DNA of 64,000 bases from Candidatus Methylomirabilota bacterium (GTDB lineage: Bacteria; Methylomirabilota; Methylomirabilia; Methylomirabilales; Methylomirabilaceae). The stretch covers positions 1,242-65,241 of the forward strand of contig JAGWQH010000096.1 in NCBI GenBank assembly GCA_028870115.1, read 5' to 3'. Position 1 is the first letter of the stretch. Each line of letters starts with the position of its first letter. Below the pieces are notes generated by a model. The model had not been told where the DNA came from. It saw only the letters and a program-made list of their open reading frames with translations, and made no database searches. A program made the translations under genes and the position numbers. This document shows positions 44,218-53,787 of this stretch, in pieces.

Positions 44218-46302
44218 CTACGCTTCTTTCGCCTTTTTCAAATCGGCGATTACTCGCTCCCTCAGATGCGGAGGGACCTCGTCGTAGTGAGAGAACTCCA
44301 CTGTGTAGTCACCGCGGTCGCCGGTGATGGCCTTAAGCTGCGTGGCATACTCCAACACTTCAGCCAGAGGGACCTGGGCCTTGATGGTCTGCGCTTTCCC
44401 TTTGGTCTCTACGCCCATCACGCGTCCCCGTTTGCTGTTCAGATCGCCGATCACATCTCCCATACACTCATCAGGAACCATCACCTCGATCGTCATGATC
44501 GGCTCCAGGAGCGTTGGGCTCGCCTGCAGGACGCCCTTCTTAAATGCCAACGAACCGGCAATCTTGAAGGCCATTTCCGAGGAGTCAACAGTGTGGTATG
44601 AGCCGTCGTAGAGGATAACCTTCACATCCACAACAGGATACCCGGCCAGACTCCCTTCTTCCATCGCCTCTATGATCCCTTTCTCCACCGCTGGGATATA
44701 CTGCTTGGGGATCACGCCCCCCACAATTTGGTTCACGAATTCGTATCCCGCACCCCGAGGGAGCGGCTCAAGCCTGATCCAGCAATCGCCGTACTGTCCA
44801 TGACCCCCGGTCTGTTTTTTGTGCTTCCCCTGAACCTCGGTCCGCCCGTGAATGGTCTCCTTGTACGGCACGCGTGGCGTCTTCATCTGGACCTCGAGTC
44901 CGAACTTCCGCTTGAGGCGGTCGACCGCGATCTCTAAGTGGCTCTTGCCCATCCCAGCCAAAATAATCTCCTTGGTCTGCGGATCGCGTCGAATCTGAAG
45001 GGATGGATCCTCTTCCTGAAGCCGGTGGAGCCCCGAGCTCATCTTCTCCTCATCCCCTCTTGTCTTGGGCATGATGGCATACTCGATGATCGGACTTGGG
45101 ATCCCAACCGGTTTCAGGCGGATCGGGTTCCGTTCGTCGCAAAGGGTATCCCCTGTGGCGGTCTCCTTCAGCTTCACCACAGCCCCAAGATCTCCCGCCC
45201 CGATTGTGGGAACCGGAATCTGAGTCTTACCACGGAGCAACACCACTTGACCGATCCTTTCCTTACACCCTTTGGTACTGTTGTAGACACCGGAATCGGA
45301 AGAAAGCGCCCCGGAGTAGACGCGAAAAAGCGTAATCTTTCCGGCGTAGGGATCAACAAGTGTCTTACATACCAGCGCAGAGAATGGGGCATCCTCTCGG
45401 CTTTCTCGGGTCAGTCGCTCCCCGCTCCTCGGATCGACACCCGCGACGGCTTCACGATCCGCCGGAGATGGAAAGAGCTCCGTCAGAAGATCGAGTAAGG
45501 GGTGTACGCCAATATTCTTCAGGGCCGAACCGCAGAGGACCGGAACGAGCTTCCCCCTGATCACCGCCCGCTGTAGCCCGGCTTTCAACTCCTCGTACGA
45601 GAGTGCCCCGACTTCCAGATACCTCTCCAGCAGCTTATCGTCACTGTCCGCAACGGCCTCCACCAGCGTCGATCGAAGCTGTTCCGCTTTCGGTCTCAGG
45701 TCGGGCGAAATCTCGCCTTCGGAGAACTTCCCCGTCCGCTCGTCCTGGTAGATCAGGGCCTTCATCCGCAGCAAATCGATCACACCCATGAAGGACGCTT
45801 GCGCACCTATTGGGAGCTGGATGGGTGTCGCCACCGGGCAGAGGTTCTTACGAATATCTTCCAAGGCTCGCGAAAAGTCGGCCTGCTCCTTATCCATCTT
45901 ATTGATATAGATCATTCTGGTAAGACCTTCTGCTTCAGCGCATGCCCACACCTTCTCTGTCTGTACCTTTACGCCGGAGATGCTACTTACCACCACAACC
46001 GCGCCGTCAACGACCCTGAGACAGTTTCTGGTATCCGTCAGGAAGATCGACGCGCCAGGGGTATCAATCAGGTTGAGCTTGTGCCCTTTCCACTCACAAA
46101 AGGCGAAGGCTGAGCTGACGCTCATCTTCCGTTTGATCTCGTCCTCGTCGAAGTCGGTGACGGTCGTTCCATCTTCGACCCTCCCGAGGCGGGAAGTAGC
46201 GCCGGCATCAAACAGCATCGCCTCAGTCAGCGTCGTCTTGCCTGCGCCTCCGTGGGCGACAATCGCTACGTTGCGAATCCTGGAAATCTCGACCCCACTC
46301 AT
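44218..46302 (-). CDS. Elongation factor G paralogue (EF-G2/EFG-II type)
   Basis: G1 AHGGAGKTT, G2 RKMSV, G3 DTPGA, G4 NKMD; domain IV KHKKQTGGHGQYG; start refined to ATG 46302. Confidence 0.92.
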   Translation of the reverse strand: MSGVEISRIRNVAIVAHGGAGKTTLTEAMLFDAGATSRLGRVEDGTTVTDFDEDEIKRKMSVSSAFAFCEWKGHKLNLIDTPGASIFLTDTRNCLRVVDGAVVVVSSISGVKVQTEKVWACAEAEGLTRMIYINKMDKEQADFSRALEDIRKNLCPVATPIQLPIGAQASFMGVIDLLRMKALIYQDERTGKFSEGEISPDLRPKAEQLRSTLVEAVADSDDKLLERYLEVGALSYEELKAGLQRAVIRGKLVPVLCGSALKNIGVHPLLDLLTELFPSPADREAVAGVDPRSGERLTRESREDAPFSALVCKTLVDPYAGKITLFRVYSGALSSDSGVYNSTKGCKERIGQVVLLRGKTQIPVPTIGAGDLGAVVKLKETATGDTLCDERNPIRLKPVGIPSPIIEYAIMPKTRGDEEKMSSGLHRLQEEDPSLQIRRDPQTKEIILAGMGKSHLEIAVDRLKRKFGLEVQMKTPRVPYKETIHGRTEVQGKHKKQTGGHGQYGDCWIRLEPLPRGAGYEFVNQIVGGVIPKQYIPAVEKGIIEAMEEGSLAGYPVVDVKVILYDGSYHTVDSSEMAFKIAGSLAFKKGVLQASPTLLEPIMTIEVMVPDECMGDVIGDLNSKRGRVMGVETKGKAQTIKAQVPLAEVLEYATQLKAITGDRGDYTVEFSHYDEVPPHLRERVIADLKKAKEA

Positions 46303-46540
46303 CACCCTTACCCCATATATCGTGCGGGCCACTCAACCGTTCGAGGTCTTTTTCGTATCACAGCGGCGGTCCCGTTGTAAAGGGGAAAGCATCTTCTCGA
46401 ATGGGAAATGGAGCAAACATGGTGCCACATCTTAATCGTAGCGCGACACTGGGAAGCGATGCGCTCAGGACCTCCCCGATGACAAGCGGCTCAGAAAATG
46501 TGTATCCAAATCTCCTGTGAGCCGAGTCAACAAGTGGCAT

Positions 46541-47311
46541 TCATCCCAATGGCGGAAGTCGGAACAGGCGGCGGGCGTTGTCGGTGGTGAGACGACCGAG
46601 CTCGTCAAGACCCATTCCCAAAACGCGGGCGATCTCCTGGGCCGCGTAGAGGAGATAGGCGGGCTCGTTCCGCTGGCCTCGGAACGCTTGGGGCGGCAAG
46701 TAGGGGCAGTCCGTCTCTAAGACCAGGCGATCCGTCTTGACCTTTCGCACGATCTCGCGAAGCGTCTCATTCTTCGGGTAGGTCACCGGCCCGCCGATAG
46801 AGACATAGTAGCCTCTCTGCCAGGCCTCTTCCGCCATGGCGAGATCGCCGGAAAAACAGTGCAGAAGCACTTCCTGGGCCCCTTCTTCTTTGAGGAGCCG
46901 CATTGTCTCCTGATGGGCGTCACGGTCGTGGACGATGAGCGGCAGATCCAGCTCTCTGGCCAGACGAATCTGGCGGCGAAAGGCGTCGGCCTGGACTGCA
47001 CGCGGGGCGCGGTCACGAAAGAAGTCGAGACCCGCTTCACCGATCGCCACAACCTTGGGCTGCTTGGCGAGGGCGCGAAGGGTCTCTTCGGCAGCATCAT
47101 CGTAGGTCCCGGCGTCGTGGGGATGGATGCCGACGCCAGCGTACACCTGCGGGTAACACTGCGCGGCCTCCACCGCCTTCCGGCTGGCCGCCAGATGATA
47201 GCCCACAGAAACCATAAGCCCGATTCCGGCAGCCTTGGCCCGCGCGAGCGCTTCGGCTCGGTCGGGGTCGAACTCCCGCATCTGAATATGGCTGTGCGTA
47301 TCGACAAACAC
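46541..47311 (-). CDS. tatD: TatD-family nuclease
   Basis: DTHSH, GIHPH, AIGEAGLD, IVHDRDA, LHCFSG, LETDCPYL. Confidence 0.95.
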   Translation of the reverse strand: MFVDTHSHIQMREFDPDRAEALARAKAAGIGLMVSVGYHLAASRKAVEAAQCYPQVYAGVGIHPHDAGTYDDAAEETLRALAKQPKVVAIGEAGLDFFRDRAPRAVQADAFRRQIRLARELDLPLIVHDRDAHQETMRLLKEEGAQEVLLHCFSGDLAMAEEAWQRGYYVSIGGPVTYPKNETLREIVRKVKTDRLVLETDCPYLPPQAFRGQRNEPAYLLYAAQEIARVLGMGLDELGRLTTDNARRLFRLPPLG

Positions 47312-49273
47312 TCAGCGGACCGTGGAGCCGGAATCGATGAGCGCCTCCGGCGTGAGCAGCACGATCCGGCCTGCGTCGTCCTCGGCGGCAAGCACCATCC
47401 CCTGAGACGTAATCCCCATCAGACTGGTTGGCTTCAGGTTGGCGACAAGGATGATCCGCTTCCCAGACCAGCTTTCCGGCGGATAATGCTGCTTCAAACC
47501 AGCGACGACAGTCCGCTCTTCGTCCTTGAGCCTGACTCGAAGCTTTACCAGCTTTTTGGAGCCTGGAATCGCCGCTGCCTCTACCACTTCCGCAACGCGC
47601 AGATCGACGCGCCGGAACTCCTCGATCGTGATCTGCTCGACTCCTCCACGTCTAGGAGAGGAGATTGTCTTGACGCCCATCGCCTCCTCTTGGGAGGAGA
47701 GGGTGGGGGTGAGGCGGGGCTCTCGTGGCAACGGTTTAGCGGTAGTCGCCTGGATGCGGGGAAAAAGCGACTGCACATCCTGGACTCGCCACTCCCGTGC
47801 CTCGATTTGTGTCGGTGACAGGCACGCTTCCTCGAGGCGAAGAGGAGTTCTCGGCTCAGTGACGCCCAGACCCCAGAGCATGCGTTCCGCTGTCTGGGGA
47901 AGAAACGGTAACAGGAGCGTAGCAATGATACGGAGGGTCTCGGCTGCAGTGGACAGGACCGCTTTCGTTCGAGGATCTCCCGGATCTCGCTTCCACGGTT
48001 CGTTAGTCACGAGGTATTTGTTTGTGGCTGAGACCAGGTTCCAGACAGTCGATAGTGCCTCGCTGAACGCAAAGCGCTCCATGGCGGCTGTCACGTCCGT
48101 GACGGCAGCGCGTGCGACATCAGCCAGGTCTCGATTATCAGACGATTGCGTAATTCTACCGTCGTAGTATCGCTGGATCAGCTTGAGCACGCGGCTGTAG
48201 AGATTCCCCAGATCATTGGCCAGATCTGCGTTCAACCGGGCCACCAGCGCGTCCTCGCTGAAACCGGCATCCAGGCCAAACGTCATCTCCCGTAGAACGA
48301 AGTAGCGAAAGGCATCCACGCCATACTTGTCGGCCAGATCAAGAGGTCGGACGACCGAGCCTCTGCTCTTGGACATCTTAGCCTCTTCAATCTTCCAGTA
48401 GCCGTGTACGTTCAGGTGTCGATATGGTGGAAGCCCGGCAGCCTTCAGCATGGTCGGCCAGTAGATGGCATGCGGTTTCAGGATATCTTTGGCGATCAGA
48501 TGTTGGGTAGCGGGCCAGAAACGCCGGAATGCTTCGCCATCGGGCCAGCCCAGTGCCGAGATATAGTTGATGAGGGCATCGAACCAGACATAGGTGACAT
48601 ACCGATCATCAAAGGGGAGCGGGATCCCCCACGTGAGGCGCGCCGAAGGTCGAGAGATACAGAGGTCCTCCAGCGGCTCCTTAAGAAAGGACAGCACCTC
48701 GTTCCGAAAACGCTCCGGCCGAATGAAGTCGGGGTGGCGGTGGATATGGTCGATCAGCCAATCCTGATATTTCCCCATCCGAAAGAAGTAGTTCTGCTCC
48801 TTGATAAAGGCCGGGGCCGTTCGGTGATCTGGGCAATTACCGTCCTCCAGCTCTTTCTCAGTGTAGAACCGCTCGCAGCCGAAGCAGTAATGGCCGCCAT
48901 ACTCCCCGAAATAGATGTCCCCGGCATCGTATATCTGTTGCAGGAACTGCTGTACGGCACGCTTGTGAGGTTCGCTGGTCGTGCGAATAAACTGATTCGG
49001 CGCGAGTCCCAGCCGCTTCCACGTCTCCTGAAAGATACTGCTGATCCGGTCAGCATAGGCCTGCGGGCTCTCGCCGGCCTGCGCAGCCGCTTGGGCGATC
49101 TTGTCACCGTGCTCATCGGTACCGGTGAGGAAATAGACCTGCTCCGGTCCCAGCCGAAGCTTCTGGAAGCGGGCCATCGTGTCGGCCAGAATAGTGGTAT
49201 AGGCGTGTCCCAGATGCGGGGTAGCGTTGACGTAATAGATCGGGGTAGTAAGGTAGAAGGTCTCGTCGCTCAT
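47312..49273 (-). CDS. metG: Methionine-tRNA ligase with C-terminal tRNA-binding domain
   Basis: YYVNATPHLGHAY, YVWFDALINY, KMSKSRG, C-terminal DLRVAEV...NLKP...SQGMVLAA. Confidence 0.98.
   Translation of the reverse strand: MSDETFYLTTPIYYVNATPHLGHAYTTILADTMARFQKLRLGPEQVYFLTGTDEHGDKIAQAAAQAGESPQAYADRISSIFQETWKRLGLAPNQFIRTTSEPHKRAVQQFLQQIYDAGDIYFGEYGGHYCFGCERFYTEKELEDGNCPDHRTAPAFIKEQNYFFRMGKYQDWLIDHIHRHPDFIRPERFRNEVLSFLKEPLEDLCISRPSARLTWGIPLPFDDRYVTYVWFDALINYISALGWPDGEAFRRFWPATQHLIAKDILKPHAIYWPTMLKAAGLPPYRHLNVHGYWKIEEAKMSKSRGSVVRPLDLADKYGVDAFRYFVLREMTFGLDAGFSEDALVARLNADLANDLGNLYSRVLKLIQRYYDGRITQSSDNRDLADVARAAVTDVTAAMERFAFSEALSTVWNLVSATNKYLVTNEPWKRDPGDPRTKAVLSTAAETLRIIATLLLPFLPQTAERMLWGLGVTEPRTPLRLEEACLSPTQIEAREWRVQDVQSLFPRIQATTAKPLPREPRLTPTLSSQEEAMGVKTISSPRRGGVEQITIEEFRRVDLRVAEVVEAAAIPGSKKLVKLRVRLKDEERTVVAGLKQHYPPESWSGKRIILVANLKPTSLMGITSQGMVLAAEDDAGRIVLLTPEALIDSGSTVR
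47641..47720. repeat. CCCTCNCCC-family element forming the metG interdomain linker
   Basis: Coding strand CGCCTCACCCCCACCCTCTCCTCCCAAGAGGAGG...TCTCCTCTCCTAGACGTGGAGGAG; 47693-47714 is 21/22 identical to intergenic 19663-19684. Confidence 0.75.
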
Positions 49274-50169
49274 GAGTTGGTGTGGTCCGGCGCAGAGCCA
49301 CCCCCGCAGCCGCCACTGCTGCAGCCTCCGCCGCCGCAACTATTCCGGGGTGAGTTCTCGTCCAGGGGGGGGCCGATGTGAATCAGGTCGGCCGCCTTCA
49401 CAGTGATCTGCACGCTGTCTTCCAGTTCGATCACCACCGATTCAGTCAGAATATTCCTCGCCTTGACAATCCCCACCCCCTCAGGCGCCTCGACCGGGGA
49501 ACCAACCTTGGGTAGACGCCGCTTCAACTCCTCATACATTGAGTGCTCATAGCGGAGGCAGCACTTCAGCCGCCCGCACATCCCCGCCAGCTTACTCGGA
49601 TTAAGAGGAAGGTTCTGGTCCTTGGCCATCCGGACCGAGATCGGTTCGTACTCCTTCAGAAAGGTCTTACAGCACAGCTCCCGGCCGCACGGACCAACGC
49701 AGCCCAACTTGCTGGCGACATCCCTGGCCCGAATCTGTCGCATCTCGATGCGGGTGTGAAGTTGCTGAGCCAGCCCCTTCACCAGATCGCGGAAATCGAT
49801 CCGCTCGTCAGCGTAGAAATAGAAGGTGACCCGGCTCCGATCGAAGCTTGCCTTGACATCGACCAGCTTCATCGGCAACTCTAATTCTGTAATCCTCCGC
49901 GAGCAGACGGCTTTCCCGTCAAATTCCAGACGTCTGATCCGTTCCTCATTGGCGCGGTCGCGCGCGGTTGCCACACGGAGGACGGCGGGAAGCGGTTCCG
50001 TAGCCTTCTGGTCGGGAAAGAGTGGGAACGTGGCGAACACCCGGCCCAGCCCCTGTCCCCACTTGGTCTCGACCACCACATGGTCGCCCGGCTGCACCTT
50101 CACCCCTCGCGGATCGTAGTGTTGCTCCTGGTACTCGGTCTCTCCCAGGCTGATACGTACCGTTTTCAT
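49270..50169 (-). CDS. PSP1 / RicT(YaaT)-family protein
   Basis: FYFYADERIDFRDLVK.L, RIEMRQI, GPCGRELCC, MAKDQNL.LNPSKLAGMCGRLKCCLRYE. Confidence 0.93.
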   Translation of the reverse strand: MKTVRISLGETEYQEQHYDPRGVKVQPGDHVVVETKWGQGLGRVFATFPLFPDQKATEPLPAVLRVATARDRANEERIRRLEFDGKAVCSRRITELELPMKLVDVKASFDRSRVTFYFYADERIDFRDLVKGLAQQLHTRIEMRQIRARDVASKLGCVGPCGRELCCKTFLKEYEPISVRMAKDQNLPLNPSKLAGMCGRLKCCLRYEHSMYEELKRRLPKVGSPVEAPEGVGIVKARNILTESVVIELEDSVQITVKAADLIHIGPPLDENSPRNSCGGGGCSSGGCGGGSAPDHTNS

Positions 50170-51203
50170 GCCGACACCGCCGAAAGACCGGACGGAAGTA
50201 CCTCCCGCAGCCGGAGCAAAAGATCCTCCATCGACAGACGTGGATTCGCGTTGCGGGTGAGATTGTCCATCGCGGCGTGGACTGCACGAAGCCCATCCAG
50301 AATGGCGTCCATGGGCAAGTTCTCCGCCTGGCGGGCGACCGCTTCACCGCGATCGTCGTTTACAAGCCACTCCGTTCGTCCTGATGCCTTCTCGACCATA
50401 AGATCACGAAACCAGGCCGAAAGGATTTCCAACTGCTGCTGAAGCTTCTCCCGATCCTTCGCCAGCTTCTCGGCCAGTTCGACGAGGGCATTGGGTCCAT
50501 CCTGAAGCCCTCGCCCAACGCCTTCGAGCAGCAGATCCCTCATCGCTGGCATGGACGCCACATCCGGACTGAAGGCGCGCTCGATGCTGCCCCGGCTCAT
50601 GGAGGCGATCAATCTGGCTCGAGACGCTTCCATCCCCTTCTCTCTCAGGAGGGCTTCAATCTCTCCGTGTGGGAGCGGGGAGAAGGTGACACTTTGGCAT
50701 CGAGAGACAATCGTGGGAAGCAGGGCCGATACTGTACTGGCCAGGAGGATGAATACTGTGTCCTTAACCGGTTCTTCCAGGGTCTTCAGGAGCGCATTAG
50801 CCGCCTGCTCCGTCATTCGCTCCGCGCCGTCGAGAATAAATACCTTCCACTGAGCCTCATAGGGCACCAGGGCAGCGTCGGCCTCAAGCGTCCGGATTTG
50901 TTCAATCTTTACGGTCGCGCCGTCCGGTTCGATAATCTGTACGTCCGGATGTAGTCCGTTGGCGATGTTGCGACACGCGCGGCAGTCCCCACACCCATCC
51001 TGCGTAGCCGTTAGCTGACGGTTGTCAGCTGATCGCTGATTCATATCGCAGTTGAGCGCCTGGGCAAAGGCGAGCGCGGCGGCTCGCTTGCCCACCCCGG
51101 CTGGCCCGCTGAAGAGATAGGCATGGGCGATCCGTCCGGTTATAAGCGCCCGGTGAAGGAACCGAATGGCTCGCGCCTGTCCTATAACGTCACGAAATGG
51201 CAT
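50166..51203 (-). CDS. holB: DNA polymerase III delta' subunit
   Basis: HAYLFSGPAGVGK, C..CG.C..C, HPD, ANALLKTLEEP, TIVSRC. Confidence 0.96.
   Translation of the reverse strand: MPFRDVIGQARAIRFLHRALITGRIAHAYLFSGPAGVGKRAAALAFAQALNCDMNQRSADNRQLTATQDGCGDCRACRNIANGLHPDVQIIEPDGATVKIEQIRTLEADAALVPYEAQWKVFILDGAERMTEQAANALLKTLEEPVKDTVFILLASTVSALLPTIVSRCQSVTFSPLPHGEIEALLREKGMEASRARLIASMSRGSIERAFSPDVASMPAMRDLLLEGVGRGLQDGPNALVELAEKLAKDREKLQQQLEILSAWFRDLMVEKASGRTEWLVNDDRGEAVARQAENLPMDAILDGLRAVHAAMDNLTRNANPRLSMEDLLLRLREVLPSGLSAVSA
51005..51041. repeat. CAGCNNN heptamer array in frame inside holB
   Basis: Coding strand CAGCGAT CAGCTGA CAACCGT CAGCTAA CGGCTA (NQRSADNRQLTAT); same unit as 8058 and 13658. 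Confidence 0.7.
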
Positions 51204-51870
51204 AGCCGCTCCGCTCCTCAAGCCTGATAAACTCGGTCCACACGACCGCCTCGATCCCAGCAACACTTAGTGTAGCATCGATTACAGCAATCCGATCTGA
51301 CTCTTCGCGCGCCAACGCAAGGTATCCTTCTCTGATCCGCTGATGAAAGTCAAGCGGCTCGGACTCGATCCTGTCCCAGCAAGACGACTCTGTATTGAGC
51401 CCCGCCGAAGTATCGGCGCCTACGCCTCGCCTGCACCGCATCAGTCCGATCCTCGGGTCGAGATCCAGCAGGATGGTGAGATCCGGAGCAAGATCGCCGG
51501 TAGCAAACCGGTTCAGCCGTTGTATCAGGTCGAGGTCAAGGCTCCTTCCATATCCTTGGTAGGCTACCGTAGAATCCGTAAAACGGTCACAAAGCACAAT
51601 GGTTCCCCGTGCCATGGCCGGCGCCACCACCTCCCGGACAAGCTGCGCGCGGCTGGCCTCATACAGCAGTAGTTCCGTGGCAGCGGCTATGGGGGCCGAT
51701 CCCGGATGGAGCAGGAGCGTCCGGATCTCCTTCCCGATGGCGGTCCCTCCGGGATCGTGGGCTTCGACGACCTCTTTGCCGGAAGCGCGAATTCGATTGG
51801 CCAACAGCTTGAGCTGGGTCGTCTTCCCGGATCCCTCGCCCCCTTCAAAGGTGATAAACAGACCGCTCAT
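51190..51870 (-). CDS. tmk: Thymidylate kinase
   Basis: FITFEGGEGSGKTTQ, LCDRFTDSTVAYQG, PDLTILLD, DRIE. Confidence 0.97.
   Translation of the reverse strand: MSGLFITFEGGEGSGKTTQLKLLANRIRASGKEVVEAHDPGGTAIGKEIRTLLLHPGSAPIAAATELLLYEASRAQLVREVVAPAMARGTIVLCDRFTDSTVAYQGYGRSLDLDLIQRLNRFATGDLAPDLTILLDLDPRIGLMRCRRGVGADTSAGLNTESSCWDRIESEPLDFHQRIREGYLALAREESDRIAVIDATLSVAGIEAVVWTEFIRLEERSGYAIS
51391..51410. repeat. CTTCG-N-GCTCA-type repeat half, in frame inside tmk
   Basis: Coding strand CTTCGGCGGGGCTCAATACA (T-S-A-G-L-N-T); 17/20 to the lnt copy, same codon phase. Confidence 0.65.
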
Positions 51871-51889
51871 CCTTCGCATCATGCACTCC

Positions 51890-51940
51890 AAATCCCCCCG
51901 TGCCCCCCTTTGCTAAAAAGGGGGGGTGGAGGGGGATTTT
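51890..51940. repeat. AATCCCCC...CCCCCCTTT/AAAGGGGGG...GGGGGATTT palindrome
   Basis: Long G/C-tract inverted repeat immediately upstream of tmk. Confidence 0.75.
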
Positions 51941-51989
51941 ACACCTCACATCGAGCATAGTAAGCCGCGTCCCTACGCACCTTAAACCT

Positions 51990-53411
51990 CTACGGCGCAG
52001 CAACCGAAACCACCAGATTGGCCAGCGTATCCAGATCATCTTCCGAGACCGTGCGAGGGTCCAAGACAATCCGGTCGTCTTTGATTCGAATCATCACCGG
52101 TGGGTCAGTCCGGCGCAGGCGTCCCTCCAAAACCGATGCGGTCAAGTGGACGCCCCGCACCGCCACTAGCCGCGTCGGGATTGCCTCGAGGGGCAGTGCG
52201 CCACCACCGACCTCTGAGGTTCCCTCGATGATCGAGACCTCAAGATGACCCGAGGTGAGCGCGGCAATCCGGTCGCGCAGATGCCTGGCCCGCCGATCAA
52301 TCTCTTGAAGCGGCATCACGAGCGCTCGGAGCACCGGAACGTGGGCAAAGGCTCGCCCTTCATCGAGGTAGAGGCACAACGTCGCCTCCAGGGCGGCTAA
52401 CGAGAGCTTGTCAATCCGCACAGCGCGCGCAAGTGGATTGCGGCGGAGCTTCTCGACCAGCAGTCGCTTCCCCACGATCAGGCCCGCTTGGGGTCCTCCA
52501 AGCAGCTTATCCCCGCTGAAGGTCACCAGGTCTGCTCCGGTGCGGATGCTCTCCGATGGCATCGGCTCTTTGGAAAGCCCGAACTGTGACAGATCGACGA
52601 GGGCACCGCTGCCCACGTCCTCCACCACCGGAAGATCGGTCTTCTCGCCCAAGCCGGCCAACTCGGCCACCGGCACCTGGTTGGCAAAGCCCTGGATTCG
52701 GAAGTTGCTGGTATGCACCTTCAGGATGATTGCGCTCGCCGCCCCGACAGCTTCCTCGTAATCCCTAAGGTAGGTCCGGTTGGTCGTCCCTACTTCCCGC
52801 AAGATCCCGCCCGCGCGACGCATGATATCGGGGATCCGAAACGAGTCGCCGATCTCCACCAACTCCCCGCGTGAGACGATGACTTCTTTCCCCTCGGCCA
52901 GTGTATTGATAGCCAGCAGCACAGCCGCCGCATTATTGTTTACGGCAAGCGCGGCCTCGGCCCCAGTAAGACGACGTAAAAGCCGCTCCACATGGTCCTG
53001 CCTGGACCCGCGGTCCCCTCGTTCAAGGTCGTACTCCAGATTCGAGTAGCCCCGCGCCACCTCGACCACGCGCTCGACTGCAACCTCTGCGAGCGGGGCG
53101 CGGCCGAGGTTTGTATGGATGACCACGCCTGTTGCGTTAATGAGACGCCGCAGGGCCGGTCGATTCAGCCGCAGAGCGATTCGCTGCGCCTCAGCAACCA
53201 GCATGGTCCTGGATGGCAGATCGGCCGTGATCGCTCCTGACTGCCCTGTGGCTATACTCCTCCGCCGACGCTCCAATACCTCTCGGATCGCCTCAACAAC
53301 CGCCCAGCGCGGCAGTGTCTGGGCTGTCTCCCGGATCGACGGCTCCTGCAATAGCTCATCCACCGAGGGAAGCTGCCTGAGTTGGGCCCTGGTTTGACTA
53401 TCTACTGACAC
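51990..53411 (-). CDS. selA: L-seryl-tRNA(Sec) selenium transferase
   Basis: INATGVVIHTNLGRA, YSNLEYDL..G.RGSR, EVGTTNRT, FSGDKLLGGPQAG; start tentative (GTG 53411). Confidence 0.96.
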   Translation of the reverse strand: MSVDSQTRAQLRQLPSVDELLQEPSIRETAQTLPRWAVVEAIREVLERRRRSIATGQSGAITADLPSRTMLVAEAQRIALRLNRPALRRLINATGVVIHTNLGRAPLAEVAVERVVEVARGYSNLEYDLERGDRGSRQDHVERLLRRLTGAEAALAVNNNAAAVLLAINTLAEGKEVIVSRGELVEIGDSFRIPDIMRRAGGILREVGTTNRTYLRDYEEAVGAASAIILKVHTSNFRIQGFANQVPVAELAGLGEKTDLPVVEDVGSGALVDLSQFGLSKEPMPSESIRTGADLVTFSGDKLLGGPQAGLIVGKRLLVEKLRRNPLARAVRIDKLSLAALEATLCLYLDEGRAFAHVPVLRALVMPLQEIDRRARHLRDRIAALTSGHLEVSIIEGTSEVGGGALPLEAIPTRLVAVRGVHLTASVLEGRLRRTDPPVMIRIKDDRIVLDPRTVSEDDLDTLANLVVSVAAP

Positions 53412-53677
53412 TTTCTCTTCAGCCAATGCCTGACCGCTATACACTGTTAGCTGATAGCTACTTTACCGTCACGCTATCATACTTACCCGCCCGATTCAAC
53501 CCCGCATTGCCGAAGCCCCGGACCTAAATGGTCCCCAACGGCACCAGACATCGGACGTCGCCCGTCGCTCAACCTGACCTCGGAGCCGCGGCCTCATCAA
53601 CACCTTGACAACCTCGCCCGCCTCACAGTCAACGTCCCTGCCGAACCGCGACAACAGATCATATTCGCCACCACTTG

Positions 53678-53706
53678 TTGCTCATAACGTCAGAAGGTCC
53701 TATAAT
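53678..53706 (+). promoter_or_regulatory. sigma70 promoter of the R-M gene
   Basis: TTGCTC-N17-TATAAT, about 80 nt upstream of ATG 53788. Confidence 0.65.
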
Positions 53707-53787
53707 CCGCTTTAATATCATCACTTATGGACTTGGACGACCCGTTCCTGATCGGCTGCAACTGCACAAACACGGAGAGGGCAAGCG

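Noticed and set aside
53490-53680. Protein-like open frame on the minus strand (TSGGEYDLLSRFGRDVDCEAGEVVKVLMRPRLRG...)
   Set aside because: No start codon or SD and no family recognised; may be a remnant but cannot be supported
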